A stretch of 64,000 bases of DNA from Lentimicrobiaceae bacterium (GTDB lineage Bacteria; Bacteroidota; Bacteroidia; Bacteroidales; F082), in NCBI GenBank assembly GCA_015061365.1, contig SUWS01000002.1:22806-86805 (forward strand), read 5' to 3'. Below are positions 46,935-56,926 of the stretch, piece after piece (position 1 is the first letter of the stretch; every line of letters starts with the position of its first letter). The position numbers and the translations under genes are program-made. The notes beneath the pieces were generated by a model, which did not search any database, had not been told where the DNA came from, and saw only the letters and a program-made list of their open reading frames with translations.

Positions 46935-48101
46935 ATGCAGAAAATGTGTTTTGTGATGTTAACATATAAATGCAACCTCAATTGCATCTATTGTTATCAA
47001 AAGTATAAAACTTCACAAAGAATGACTTTAGAAACAGCCAAGTCTGTGGTTTCAAGGGAAGTTCAGTTAGCCAGAGAGTCTAATAATAAGGATGGTGTAA
47101 GATTTGACCTATTTGGTGGTGAGCCATTGCTTCAATTTAATCTGATTAAAGAATTATGTGCTTGGATATGGGAGACTATTACAGATGTGAAAGTTGATAT
47201 TTACATAACAACCAATGGAACACTGCTTGATGATGAGAAAAAAGAATGGTTTAAGTCTCATAAAGAAAGAATCAATCTTATTATGTCTGTCGATGGCAAA
47301 GATGATGTACAAGTAGGTAATAGAGGCTGTCAGCTCTCCGATTTACCTATAAAGTGGGTAATAGACACATTGCCAAATTATCTGTTAAGTATGACTATTT
47401 CGAGAAAATCTCTTGCGAATTTTGCAGATGATCTCATATATTTTCATGAACAGAATTATAGCATAGATGCAAAACCAGCCCAAGGTGAAGATTGGCGGGA
47501 CGGAGACGGTCAAATATATGAAAATCAATTGTATAAACTATCAGATTATTATTTGGCACACCCTGAGATAAGACCAATGTACATCTTCAAGGAAAGCTCA
47601 TATGTTCATTTGCTTAACAATGAGCCAAACGAAAAATATGGCAAAACATGCGGTGTCGCAGAAGATCTTGTAGCTTATGATGTAGAAGGTCGATTGTTTC
47701 CTTGTCATCATTTTCTGCCTAATGTAAACGGTAAAACCGATATACTGGATTATCTGAACAAGCTTGATTTCTCTGATTCATCAAAATTTGTTGATGAGGA
47801 ATGTATAAAGTGTGATATATTGAAACTTTGCAGGACCTGTTCTGCTCGCAATTTCAATGAAAGAGGAGATGTTAGTCGGAGGGATAAACGAGCCTGTCAA
47901 ATAATGCTTGCTGAAGCTAAAGTAGTAAGCCAGTTCCAAATTAAGAAACTGATGCAAAATAAAGATAACTTAAGTGCACACGATTTATTGAACCTAAAGG
48001 CCGCTATCAAGTGTCAACAGCTCTGTAGTGACTTTGAGAAGAAATTTTGTGCACATAAAAAACAAAATGGAGAAGCCGATAGCCATAAAGTGGAGGCATA
48101 A
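46935..48101 (+). CDS. Radical SAM enzyme with a SPASM/twitch C-terminal domain (anSME-like peptide maturase)
   Basis: YKCNLNCIYCY (CxxxCxxC). C-terminal CGVAEDLVAYDVEGRLFPC (C...G-x4-C) and CIKCDILKLCRTC (CxxCx5CxxC). Confidence 0.85.
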   Translation: MQKMCFVMLTYKCNLNCIYCYQKYKTSQRMTLETAKSVVSREVQLARESNNKDGVRFDLFGGEPLLQFNLIKELCAWIWETITDVKVDIYITTNGTLLDDEKKEWFKSHKERINLIMSVDGKDDVQVGNRGCQLSDLPIKWVIDTLPNYLLSMTISRKSLANFADDLIYFHEQNYSIDAKPAQGEDWRDGDGQIYENQLYKLSDYYLAHPEIRPMYIFKESSYVHLLNNEPNEKYGKTCGVAEDLVAYDVEGRLFPCHHFLPNVNGKTDILDYLNKLDFSDSSKFVDEECIKCDILKLCRTCSARNFNERGDVSRRDKRACQIMLAEAKVVSQFQIKKLMQNKDNLSAHDLLNLKAAIKCQQLCSDFEKKFCAHKKQNGEADSHKVEA

Positions 48102-48120
48102 TTTATTAATACATTTCATT

Positions 48121-48249
48121 ATGTTAAACAATGAATTGCTTATGGAAGCTGCCGCATTGGTAAACTCAAATGAGGCAAAGATCGCTCAACTTCAAGCTGA
48201 TGTTGAATGCGCATCTGGTTGTGGAATATGTGGTTACGGTAGTAACTAA
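48121..48249 (+). CDS. Candidate RiPP precursor peptide (42 aa)
   Basis: MLNNELLMEAAALVNSNEAKIAQLQADVECASGCGICGYGSN has a helical leader-like N-terminus and a Cys/Gly-rich C-terminal 13 aa. It starts 19 nt after the SPASM enzyme stop. It is the internal ATG of track ORF 48028..48249. Confidence 0.5.
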   Translation: MLNNELLMEAAALVNSNEAKIAQLQADVECASGCGICGYGSN

Positions 48250-48264
48250 TATTCTTTAAACACT

Positions 48265-48299
48265 GTAGGCTGACTAAAAATACTTTTTGGTCAGCCTAC
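48265..48299 (+). promoter_or_regulatory. Perfect 10-bp stem-loop directly after the precursor ORF
   Basis: gtaggctgac-(15 nt)-gtcagcctac with no T-tract after it. Possibly a partial terminator or an mRNA stabiliser. Confidence 0.45.
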
Positions 48300-48332
48300 T
48301 CATTTATCAAGGAAATTGAATATATTGACTTT

Positions 48333-50132
48333 ATGCTAAATTCAAACAACTCACAAGAAAACAAGAAAGTAGATGCATTACTTGTTCAATTATCTGCAAA
48401 TCCATATTTTGACATGCTTTCATCGTATAGCATAGGACAATTAGGATTATATTATTTAGCCGAATATGCAGATAGATTTGGTTGCCTTGTAAAGGTTAAG
48501 TATTACAATTCATTTGATGAAGTCTCAATGTTACTTCCTGAATTAATACGAAATACATCTTGTCGTATTATAGGATTTTATGTAGATAGTGATAATATTT
48601 GGTCATTAAGAGCATTAATGCCCAAATTATATCAATGTTGTCCCAATATTAACATCATTATAGGTGGGCCTCAGGTAACAGGTGACCCACATGGAACTAT
48701 GCAATTAATTCCCAATGTTACTTGCGGTGTTATCGGGGAAGGTGAAGTTCCATTTCTTAAACTATTACAATCAGATACACTTAATGAAGATGTGTTAAAT
48801 TGTATTGATGGTCTGATTTATAATTCCACTAATGGATTAATAACAACAAAACCTCAAAAACAAGATCCAAATATTGATGAATTCGGTTATCCTAAAAGAG
48901 AAAAATATTGCTTAGATCCAAACAAAGTAACATTCTCACAATTAATAACAGGAAGAGGTTGTATGGGACAATGCGCATTCTGTTACGAAGGCGGAAAAGA
49001 ACATACTAACTTACGTGTACGCAACGTAGATTCTTGTTTAGAGGAAATTGATTATTTAGTAGATACTTACGGAGTTAAGTATATTAATATAGTGGATGAC
49101 ACATTCATTTTAAATAGGAAACGAACGGAGGAGTTTTGTAATAGATTGATCAATAAATATAATGGTAGTATTAAATGGTACTGTGAAGCAAGAGCTGATA
49201 TATTGTCTAAAAACATTGATATTCTGCCATTATTAAAAAAAGCAGGATTAGTTAAAATACAATTAGGAGGCGAGTCTGGATGCCAAGAAATTTTAGATGC
49301 ATACAAAAAAGGGGTAACTATAAAGCAATTAGAGTTTGTTACACAAAAGATAGTAGATGCAGGTATTCCATATATCTATGCCAACTTCATAATAGGTGGA
49401 GCATTTGAGACAGAATCAACTTTTAACCGGACATTAAACTTCGCTAAAAAACTAATGCGTACCGCACCTGGTCACGTTGAAGTTAGTTCATCGGTCTTTA
49501 CTCCAACACCAGGTTCTCCAATGTATAATAATCCAGAAGAGTATGGTTTGAAGATAATAGATAAGAGAAGCATAAGAGGAGCTAATTGTTCTTTTGTATT
49601 TGCAGAAACCGAACAACTGAATCAGTATAAGATTTGGCAATTACGTAATAGATTTAACAATGAAATAAAAAATGAATACGCTTCATTATTAGATGATATA
49701 TCACTTGAACAGTTAAAAAATATATTCTATCTATCAACAAAATTCTCTATAGACACACCATGGTCAAATCTGCTAAAAAGTAAGGCACATTATAGAAATT
49801 ATATAGAACCTTTAGTAAGAGGCGGCTTCTATTCTTTTAGCGAAATACCTATCGACAATATATTTTCTGCTATTCCTTTAAGAACCACTCATCTAAGTTC
49901 TGATGGAGTAGCATTTTATAGGATTAAACGGTCAGGTGAATATGTAAAAAACAGTAATTTAGAAAATGCTCTGATCACATTATCCGCAGGAAAATTAACA
50001 TTCTTGGATATTTTTAATATGATAAAATCTAATCCTGCTTTTATTACAAGTAGGACCGATATACTTGATGAATGCCTATCTATATATAGAGAATTTGAAC
50101 GTGAATTTTCTGTTGTATGGAAAAAAATTTAA
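48333..50132 (+). CDS. B12-binding-domain radical SAM enzyme (class B type)
   Basis: N-terminal Rossmann-like B12-domain region, then ITGRGCMGQCAFCYEG (CxxxCxxC). Confidence 0.8.
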   Translation: MLNSNNSQENKKVDALLVQLSANPYFDMLSSYSIGQLGLYYLAEYADRFGCLVKVKYYNSFDEVSMLLPELIRNTSCRIIGFYVDSDNIWSLRALMPKLYQCCPNINIIIGGPQVTGDPHGTMQLIPNVTCGVIGEGEVPFLKLLQSDTLNEDVLNCIDGLIYNSTNGLITTKPQKQDPNIDEFGYPKREKYCLDPNKVTFSQLITGRGCMGQCAFCYEGGKEHTNLRVRNVDSCLEEIDYLVDTYGVKYINIVDDTFILNRKRTEEFCNRLINKYNGSIKWYCEARADILSKNIDILPLLKKAGLVKIQLGGESGCQEILDAYKKGVTIKQLEFVTQKIVDAGIPYIYANFIIGGAFETESTFNRTLNFAKKLMRTAPGHVEVSSSVFTPTPGSPMYNNPEEYGLKIIDKRSIRGANCSFVFAETEQLNQYKIWQLRNRFNNEIKNEYASLLDDISLEQLKNIFYLSTKFSIDTPWSNLLKSKAHYRNYIEPLVRGGFYSFSEIPIDNIFSAIPLRTTHLSSDGVAFYRIKRSGEYVKNSNLENALITLSAGKLTFLDIFNMIKSNPAFITSRTDILDECLSIYREFEREFSVVWKKI

Positions 50133-51077
50133 ATGTTAAAACACATTATTAAACTAATGCAATATACAGACACTTTACATATAGTTAAAGATACTCTTTT
50201 GGATGAGGAGCATCTCAGGATGATACAAGAGTTTACACAAAAAACAGCTTCCAACACAGCTTTTAGTTTTTGGCGTGAAGCAGATTTCTGGGAGTATTTG
50301 GCAATAGGTCTATCATTTTTAGCGATCGTGTTAGCTGTTGTTACTGCAATCTTACAATGGAAAACTGAAAGAAATACAAGAATGTCTTTAAGTATGAAAA
50401 ACCAAGTTTATGAATCTATATTCAAGTTATTACTCAATGATCTTTATAGAATACAATGTGATATTTTATCACTGCAAATTATTTTAATAGAAAATGATTT
50501 TCAATCATATCCGACAAAACGATATCTAAAAAAAATGATGATTAAATTTGATGATTCTAATCTTGATTCTTTTTTAGTTGTCTTTAATAAAGAAGATAAA
50601 GGCGAAGCTGAAGAGCATTATCTTAAAATGAGGGAAATCAATAGGTTAATTCATAATTATAATGTTAACCTTGAAATATTAATGGAACATTTAAAAGACT
50701 CATCAGTAGATACAAGCACCAAATTATTTGATTTCTCAATCATAAATAATAATATATGTTTTCTAAGTAAAAAGATAATTCAAACTGCTGAATCTATTTA
50801 TGGAAAGAATTCTGATGTTGGTACTTCTCTGCTGCATTATGTAAAAAAAGCTTTAGAATTTTATCAATCAAGTGAGACTAATATAACCTCTATAGATAGT
50901 TATACAAACCTAAAAAAATACGAAGATATTATCAATCCAGTTCTTAACAACTATTTCGAATATACCAATACCATATCTACAAATGAAGCAATGTTATTGG
51001 CATATAGACTAATATCAAACGAAATAGACAAGAACGATTCTGATGTAAAAAACAACTTAATAAGGTTTAAGACATAA
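50133..51077 (+). CDS. Hypothetical single-pass membrane protein, helical
   Basis: The ATG abuts the upstream stop. One TM (FWEYLAIGLSFLAIVLAVVTAILQW). No recognisable motif. Confidence 0.45.
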   Translation: MLKHIIKLMQYTDTLHIVKDTLLDEEHLRMIQEFTQKTASNTAFSFWREADFWEYLAIGLSFLAIVLAVVTAILQWKTERNTRMSLSMKNQVYESIFKLLLNDLYRIQCDILSLQIILIENDFQSYPTKRYLKKMMIKFDDSNLDSFLVVFNKEDKGEAEEHYLKMREINRLIHNYNVNLEILMEHLKDSSVDTSTKLFDFSIINNNICFLSKKIIQTAESIYGKNSDVGTSLLHYVKKALEFYQSSETNITSIDSYTNLKKYEDIINPVLNNYFEYTNTISTNEAMLLAYRLISNEIDKNDSDVKNNLIRFKT

Positions 51078-51148
51078 TCATCAAAATATCTTAAAATCAG
51101 ATGATAAAGTTCTAATGAAATTTTCAGTTTAATGTAAAAAGAATCAAT

Positions 51149-52213
51149 ATGGACGTAAATTTTTTAAATAAAATTTTGAACACTCATAGTGTTTCTGGAT
51201 TTGAAGACAAAACTGGCAAGCTATTTATAGATTATATTACACCTTATGTTGATTCCGCTTATACCGATATTATGGGGAATTGCTATGCTAATATCGGCTA
51301 TGTACCAGAAGACAATTTATTTCCGAAAATTCTGATAGAGGCTCATATTGATGAAATAGGATTTCAGGTTATATATATTGATGATAATGGATTTATATAT
51401 ATTCGTAAGAATGGAGGAGTGGATATACAATGTATTCCTGGTTCACAGGTAATTATACAAACATTATCGGGCGAAGAACTATTCGGAATTATTGGTAAGA
51501 AACCTATACATTTGACTGCGCCAGAAGATAGAAACAAAAATATTGAATTACATTCTTTATGGATTGATACAGGATTATCCCCCGATGAGGTAAAGAAAAA
51601 GATTTCCATTGGAGATGTTGTAGCTTGGAAATCTAACATGATGTACTTATCAGATAAAAGAATCTCATCTAAAGCTTTAGATGATAAAGTTGGAGTATAT
51701 ATAATAAGTCAGGTCTTGAAAAAATTATCAATAAATAAAATTTGTAATGCTCAAGTATGCGGTGTCGCTTCTGTTCAAGAGGAAGTTGGTCATCGAGGAG
51801 CGATGGTATGTTGTCACAAATTAAATCCAGATATAGCAATTAGTATAGATGTTGACTTTGCAACTGATGTCCCTGACTGTCCTAAAACAAAATTTGGAGA
51901 TATTTCATTAGGTAATGGCGTTGTAATTCATAAAAGTATTGACAATACTAAATCTATTACATTATTAGCTGAAAAAATCGCAAAAGAGAATAATATAAAA
52001 TATCAAATTTCTGCACGACCAACTTCTGTAGGAGGCACCAATGCTGCAGTTTTACAACAAACACAAAATGGTATAAGAACAATAAGTTTAGGAATACCTT
52101 GTAGGTATATGCATACACCTGTTGAATTATGCGACTTAGATGATATAAAAGATGCTATTGAGTTGTTATATCATATGATTATAAACATAATTCATGTAAC
52201 CAAAATTGATTAG
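51149..52213 (+). CDS. M42 family metallo-aminopeptidase
   Basis: IEAHIDEIGF, SKALDDKVGV, QEEVGHRGA and the DVDFATD pattern of M42 (FrvX/PepA-like). Confidence 0.85.
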   Translation: MDVNFLNKILNTHSVSGFEDKTGKLFIDYITPYVDSAYTDIMGNCYANIGYVPEDNLFPKILIEAHIDEIGFQVIYIDDNGFIYIRKNGGVDIQCIPGSQVIIQTLSGEELFGIIGKKPIHLTAPEDRNKNIELHSLWIDTGLSPDEVKKKISIGDVVAWKSNMMYLSDKRISSKALDDKVGVYIISQVLKKLSINKICNAQVCGVASVQEEVGHRGAMVCCHKLNPDIAISIDVDFATDVPDCPKTKFGDISLGNGVVIHKSIDNTKSITLLAEKIAKENNIKYQISARPTSVGGTNAAVLQQTQNGIRTISLGIPCRYMHTPVELCDLDDIKDAIELLYHMIINIIHVTKID

Positions 52214-52308
52214 TATTTATATAAAAAGCAATATTATCTTTCCCTCACCCTATCACCCCACTGCCCAGCACCACCGGTTCTGTCTCGTGATAGATGATGT
52301 TAGCATTA

Positions 52309-53343
52309 TTACAATTCAAGACTGTCCGTATTTAAAAGAAAATCTATGACACTTATGTAAAGTACACCTTGCTCATTGAACCAAGGTTTTGTCGCTGTCC
52401 GCTGAATGACAATCTTTCTGAAAGAATCATCTATATTGCGAAAAGATTGTAATTCTTGCTTCATTTTTTCTTCATCGGATATTTCATATGCCGATTGTAT
52501 GTAATAACGCTTATCACCCTTATTAGCTATGAAATCCACCTCTAATTGTTTCTTCACATATTTGTCGTCTTTCTTTTCATTTACGATAACAACACCAACA
52601 TCAACGCTATATCTTCTTCTTAAAAGCTCGTTATAGATAATATTTCCCATAATGTGATTCTCTTCCTGCTGACGGAAATTGAGTCGGGCATTACGCAAGC
52701 CAACATCAACGAAATAATATTTCATTGGAGTTCCTATATACTTACGACCCTTGACATCGAATCTGTGAGCTCGTTCAATTAAAAAGGAATCAACGAGATA
52801 GTCGATATATGACGAGATGGTGAACTGCGAAAGCTTCATATTATTTGACGATTGAAATGTATTTGCCAAACGCTGAGGATTGGTGAGAGAGCCAATAGAC
52901 GACGCCAAGACATTTGTCAGAACTCCAATCTCCTCACGACCTTTCAGCTTATATTGATTTATTATGTCGGAAAGATAAACCTGCTCAAACAAGTTTCTAA
53001 GATACGACTCTCTTTCATCGTCAAAGTCCATGCTCCAAATCAATGGCATCCCTCCGTAACGACAATACAATGTCCATAATTTTTCCTTGTCTATATCTGA
53101 GATACTACAAACCTCAGAAAAACTGAAAGGATATACTCTTATCTCATCGCCTCTGCCTCTGAATTCTGTTATTATGTCGCTCGAGAGAAACTTTGAATTG
53201 CTACCCGTAACATAAACATCCACATTTGACAAATGCAAAAAACCATTCAACACAGGAACAAAATCCTCAACCAACTGAATCTCATCTAAAAGAATGTAAT
53301 ACTTCCCGTCATCGGTAATTCTGTTTTTGACGTAATTATACAA
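52309..53343 (-). pseudogene. 5'-truncated AAA_14/DUF4143-type ATPase
   Basis: Begins at ...LYNYVKNRITDDGKYYILLDEIQ (Walker B). The Walker A part, about 75 aa, is absent. The open frame runs back only to the stop codon of the adjacent ROK gene. Confidence 0.65.
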
Positions 53344-53358
53344 CTCGTCGGGATTTTT

Positions 53359-54444
53359 TTATCTGTTCATCGCATAGGCGTAAGCCCCTATACATACAGC
53401 TGATGACGTTCCTAATTTTGTTGCTGTAATGCCGATTTTCTTTGAAGGATCATACCATACCTCTTGGTCGCTGAATGGTACCTTAATCATCTTTCCTGAT
53501 GTTGTGGTGAATGCCTCGCGTCCTTCTTCATCTTCTAAGTTATAGGCTGATATTTCCATTCTAGGACCTTTCTTTCCGTCCAATCCTGGATAGTCCGTGT
53601 TGAGAAGTTCTACAACCTTTGGCAGGAATATCTTTGAAGCTCCTGACAATCCGCCGCCGAGTACGATGATGCCGTCTACTACCGTTGCTATGTTAGCGAT
53701 GATGTCGGCTAATACTATTGCGAACTCGTCCCAGGCTTTGAGAGCAGCCTCCTTATTACCTTCTTTATTTCCCATTGCTATCTCGTATATGTCGAAAGGT
53801 TGTGGAGCATCGTCAAACTCTATCCCAGCCTCACGAGCATATACACGATGTACACCTCTGATACTGATGGAGTCTTCGGCGCACGTTTCAGGATAGAGGA
53901 TATTTCTCATGCACCACACTTCTGCGCCTGCTGAATTGTCGCCTTCGAGGAGACTTCCGTTGAGTACTACGCCGCCACCGAATCCGGTTCCGAGAGTTAA
54001 TCCAACCAAATTCTTATATCTTTTGGGGTTGCTGTTTTTTTCGAGCATGGCGTTGATTTCTGGAAGCACGCCGCCTAAAGCCTCACCGTAAGCGAAAAGG
54101 TCGCCGTCGTTATTGATATATACCGGAACCTTGAACTCGTTCTCCAACATAGCCTTCAATGCGACACCGCCTCTGAATAACGGCAGGTTGACCAAGTCGC
54201 AGATGATGCCGTTAGGATAGTCGGCGGGACCAGGAAAACAGAAACTTATCGCATCAGGTTTGCTGCCACACAACTCCTCTGTGCGACGGAATCCTTCAAT
54301 AATCTTGTTGAGTTGTTCCTCTAATGTTTCGGAAGCGGTCTTGATAGTGAACGCTTCAATTATTTCTTTATAGTCTTGTACTGCCGAGAATTTGAATCCT
54401 GTGCCGCCGGCATCGAGGACGAAAATAATGCTTTTTGAATCCAT
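53359..54444 (-). CDS. ROK-family sugar kinase
   Basis: IFVLDAGGTGFKFS and LTLGTGFGGGVVLNG motifs. Confidence 0.8.
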   Translation of the reverse strand: MDSKSIIFVLDAGGTGFKFSAVQDYKEIIEAFTIKTASETLEEQLNKIIEGFRRTEELCGSKPDAISFCFPGPADYPNGIICDLVNLPLFRGGVALKAMLENEFKVPVYINNDGDLFAYGEALGGVLPEINAMLEKNSNPKRYKNLVGLTLGTGFGGGVVLNGSLLEGDNSAGAEVWCMRNILYPETCAEDSISIRGVHRVYAREAGIEFDDAPQPFDIYEIAMGNKEGNKEAALKAWDEFAIVLADIIANIATVVDGIIVLGGGLSGASKIFLPKVVELLNTDYPGLDGKKGPRMEISAYNLEDEEGREAFTTTSGKMIKVPFSDQEVWYDPSKKIGITATKLGTSSAVCIGAYAYAMNR

Positions 54445-54449
54445 AGTAT

Positions 54450-55040
54450 TTAATTTTTAATTTTTTCTTTTTTATGTAAAAATTTCTCCACCCAGATAAC
54501 CCACATTATAAATATGAAGAGGTAGAACATTGTCTTGAAGACGTAGTCGTGGAAAAAATCGAAATGACCCGGGAAAGGAATCATGCAAAGTGTGATGCCT
54601 ACAACCCTGATAACGTTAACCCATTCGATGATAACAAGACCTAACGGAATGTACCATAGTTTATGTTTCCACGGACCCGGAAATAATAACATCAGAAACA
54701 CCCAGTGAAGCCATTGTTTCAAACTTGTACATTCTGGAGCCACATTAACGTAGGAATATGTTTCATTGCAATTAATTACGCCAATGATATGTTCGTGTGT
54801 TATTATGTCAATTCTAAAAATATGTTCGAGAACCCAGCAGCTTTGGTTGAATAGAAGCTCAGATGCGGAGTCGAAAAGTCTGTTTATAAGATCTTGAATT
54901 GGAAAGTAATTCAGTGCCTGCCATCCGAGATACAGAAAGTGAAAGCTGAAGATAAGTACTATAAACAAACCAACGTCTATGGTTGATGTGTACTTCTTGT
55001 CTTTATAAAGTTCTTTAATCTTTTTTATATTTAAATCCAT
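54450..55040 (-). CDS. Exosortase/archaeosortase-family membrane protein (XrtF-like, tentative)
   Basis: Multi-pass membrane protein with VAPECTS (Cys), NVIRV (Arg) and FFHD (His), in the order of the exosortase catalytic residues. Confidence 0.45.
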   Translation of the reverse strand: MDLNIKKIKELYKDKKYTSTIDVGLFIVLIFSFHFLYLGWQALNYFPIQDLINRLFDSASELLFNQSCWVLEHIFRIDIITHEHIIGVINCNETYSYVNVAPECTSLKQWLHWVFLMLLFPGPWKHKLWYIPLGLVIIEWVNVIRVVGITLCMIPFPGHFDFFHDYVFKTMFYLFIFIMWVIWVEKFLHKKEKIKN

Positions 55041-55107
55041 AGTTTATATTTTTGAACTTGATAATCTGAGAGTCTGAGATTTTTTAAGTTTTCAGTTTTT
55101 CAGATTA

Positions 55108-56910
55108 TTAATCGTCGGAGATTTCTTTCAGTGTCGCTTGATAAGTGGTGAATATCAGGGCTCGCGATATATAACCGAGATATTTTTTCCCGTCGACGAC
55201 GGCGATGTTATAATTGCCGGAACGTTCGAATTTCTTTACCACTTCTTCTGCGCTATCTTCCGTTGTCACGAGATAGTCGGGCAGAAGCATAATATCTTCT
55301 ATCAAAGTGTCATATTGTTCAGGGTCGAAGATAATTTTGCGAATGGAGTCGAAGAGGACATGGCCTTTGAAGTTGCCTTTCTCATCAACGACGGGATATA
55401 TGTTTCTTGTTGAGGTGGATATTATCGGGAGCAGATCTCTCAATGTTTGTTCTGGACGTATAGTCTTGAAATTGGTCTCAATAAGTCTGTTAACGGTTAT
55501 CATGTTAAGAATACTGATGTCTTTGTTGTGAGAGACACGTACACCCTTGTCTCTTACAGGTTTTGTGTAAATAGAGTCTTTAAAGAAAGCTCTGTTGATT
55601 GCGTAAGAGAGAGCCGACACGATCATCAGAGGTACCATAAGTGAATATCCGTTAGTTATCTCTGCGATGAGGAATATCCCTGTTAGTGGAGCATGGAGCA
55701 TACCTGCGATAACGCCACCCATTCCTACGAGAGCGAAGTTTGTGATGTTTAGATGTCCCAATCCTAATGTGTTTATTAATGTGGCGAAAAACATTCCGGA
55801 GAATGCGCCGATAAACAGAGCTGGTGCAAACGTTCCTCCCACGCCGCCAGCCGCAAAGGTAAATGATGTGGCGAAAGCTTTCAATAATATTATCAATAAC
55901 ATCATAACCAAGATTATCCAAATATTATCTTGGAAACATTCAAAAATACTGTTTTCAAACAGAATCGACTGGTCGTTGTTGAGTGCGGCGTTTATGGCTT
56001 CATAACCTTCTCCATACAATGCGGGAAAAATGAAGATTAATATTCCTAATCCGCTTACTCCCATCCCGAATCTGATCCAAGGCGATTTCACCTTTTTGAA
56101 TTTCTTGTCGACTTTGAAATACACATACATGAAATAAGCCGACATCAATCCGACGAAAAGACCTAATCCGATATAGAAAATTGAGTTTGAAGGCATGAAT
56201 GCAGTACTTGTCGTGATAGTGTATTCGAAAACTCTACCTAAGAAATGATAGGAAGTCAATATCGCCACAAATGACGATACTATGATTGGTATCAGCGATG
56301 CCATCGAGATGTCTATCATAAACACTTCAATGGCGAAGATAATGCCGGTGATAGGTGCCTGGAAGATAGAGGCTAAGGCGGCGGCGCATCCCATGCCTAT
56401 TAGCACCACTATGTTTTTCTGGTTAAGTCGTAGCAATTGTCCGATATTGGAACCTATAGCTGAACCTGTCGAGACCGACGGACCTTCAAGTCCGACAGAA
56501 CCTCCGAAACCTACTGTCAGTGAACTTGTGATGATAGACGCGAATGTATTGTATGGCTTGACAGCTCCTTTGTTTTTTTGTATGGCGTATAAGATCCCAG
56601 GTATTCCATGCCCTACATCACGTTTAAGAAAATATCGGCAGAAAATGATGGTAAGCAGGATTCCTATCGCAGGAAGTATGAAAAACAACAAACCATAATG
56701 GTCGTCGTGCGTCGCTATGTTATAGAAATAATCTCTGATATAATGAGCTAATTTCTTGATAACTATAGCGGACAATCCTGCCAAAAAACCAGTAGGTACG
56801 CTGAGTAGTAGCATGAACTGTTTTTCGGACATGTGAGAATGACGCCATTTATTGATTTTTTGCGCCATCAATATTAATCGAGCTTTTATTCTTTTTCTCA
56901 CTGTAATCAT
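55108..56910 (-). CDS. ClC-family chloride channel/antiporter with C-terminal CBS pair
   Basis: GHGIPG, GLEGPSV, GIIFAIE and GTFAP motifs plus a CBS-like tail. The true start may be an internal Met (residue 15 or 27), given how close the promoter box is. Confidence 0.9.
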   Translation of the reverse strand: MITVRKRIKARLILMAQKINKWRHSHMSEKQFMLLLSVPTGFLAGLSAIVIKKLAHYIRDYFYNIATHDDHYGLLFFILPAIGILLTIIFCRYFLKRDVGHGIPGILYAIQKNKGAVKPYNTFASIITSSLTVGFGGSVGLEGPSVSTGSAIGSNIGQLLRLNQKNIVVLIGMGCAAALASIFQAPITGIIFAIEVFMIDISMASLIPIIVSSFVAILTSYHFLGRVFEYTITTSTAFMPSNSIFYIGLGLFVGLMSAYFMYVYFKVDKKFKKVKSPWIRFGMGVSGLGILIFIFPALYGEGYEAINAALNNDQSILFENSIFECFQDNIWIILVMMLLIILLKAFATSFTFAAGGVGGTFAPALFIGAFSGMFFATLINTLGLGHLNITNFALVGMGGVIAGMLHAPLTGIFLIAEITNGYSLMVPLMIVSALSYAINRAFFKDSIYTKPVRDKGVRVSHNKDISILNMITVNRLIETNFKTIRPEQTLRDLLPIISTSTRNIYPVVDEKGNFKGHVLFDSIRKIIFDPEQYDTLIEDIMLLPDYLVTTEDSAEEVVKKFERSGNYNIAVVDGKKYLGYISRALIFTTYQATLKEISDD

Positions 56911-56926
56911 TTTTGTTTTCGACTTC

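Noticed and set aside
48028-48120. The 73-aa version of the precursor ORF, starting inside the SPASM enzyme gene.
   Set aside because: The first 31 codons overlap the 3' end of 46935..48101 in another frame. The internal ATG at 48121 gives a typical leader-core peptide.
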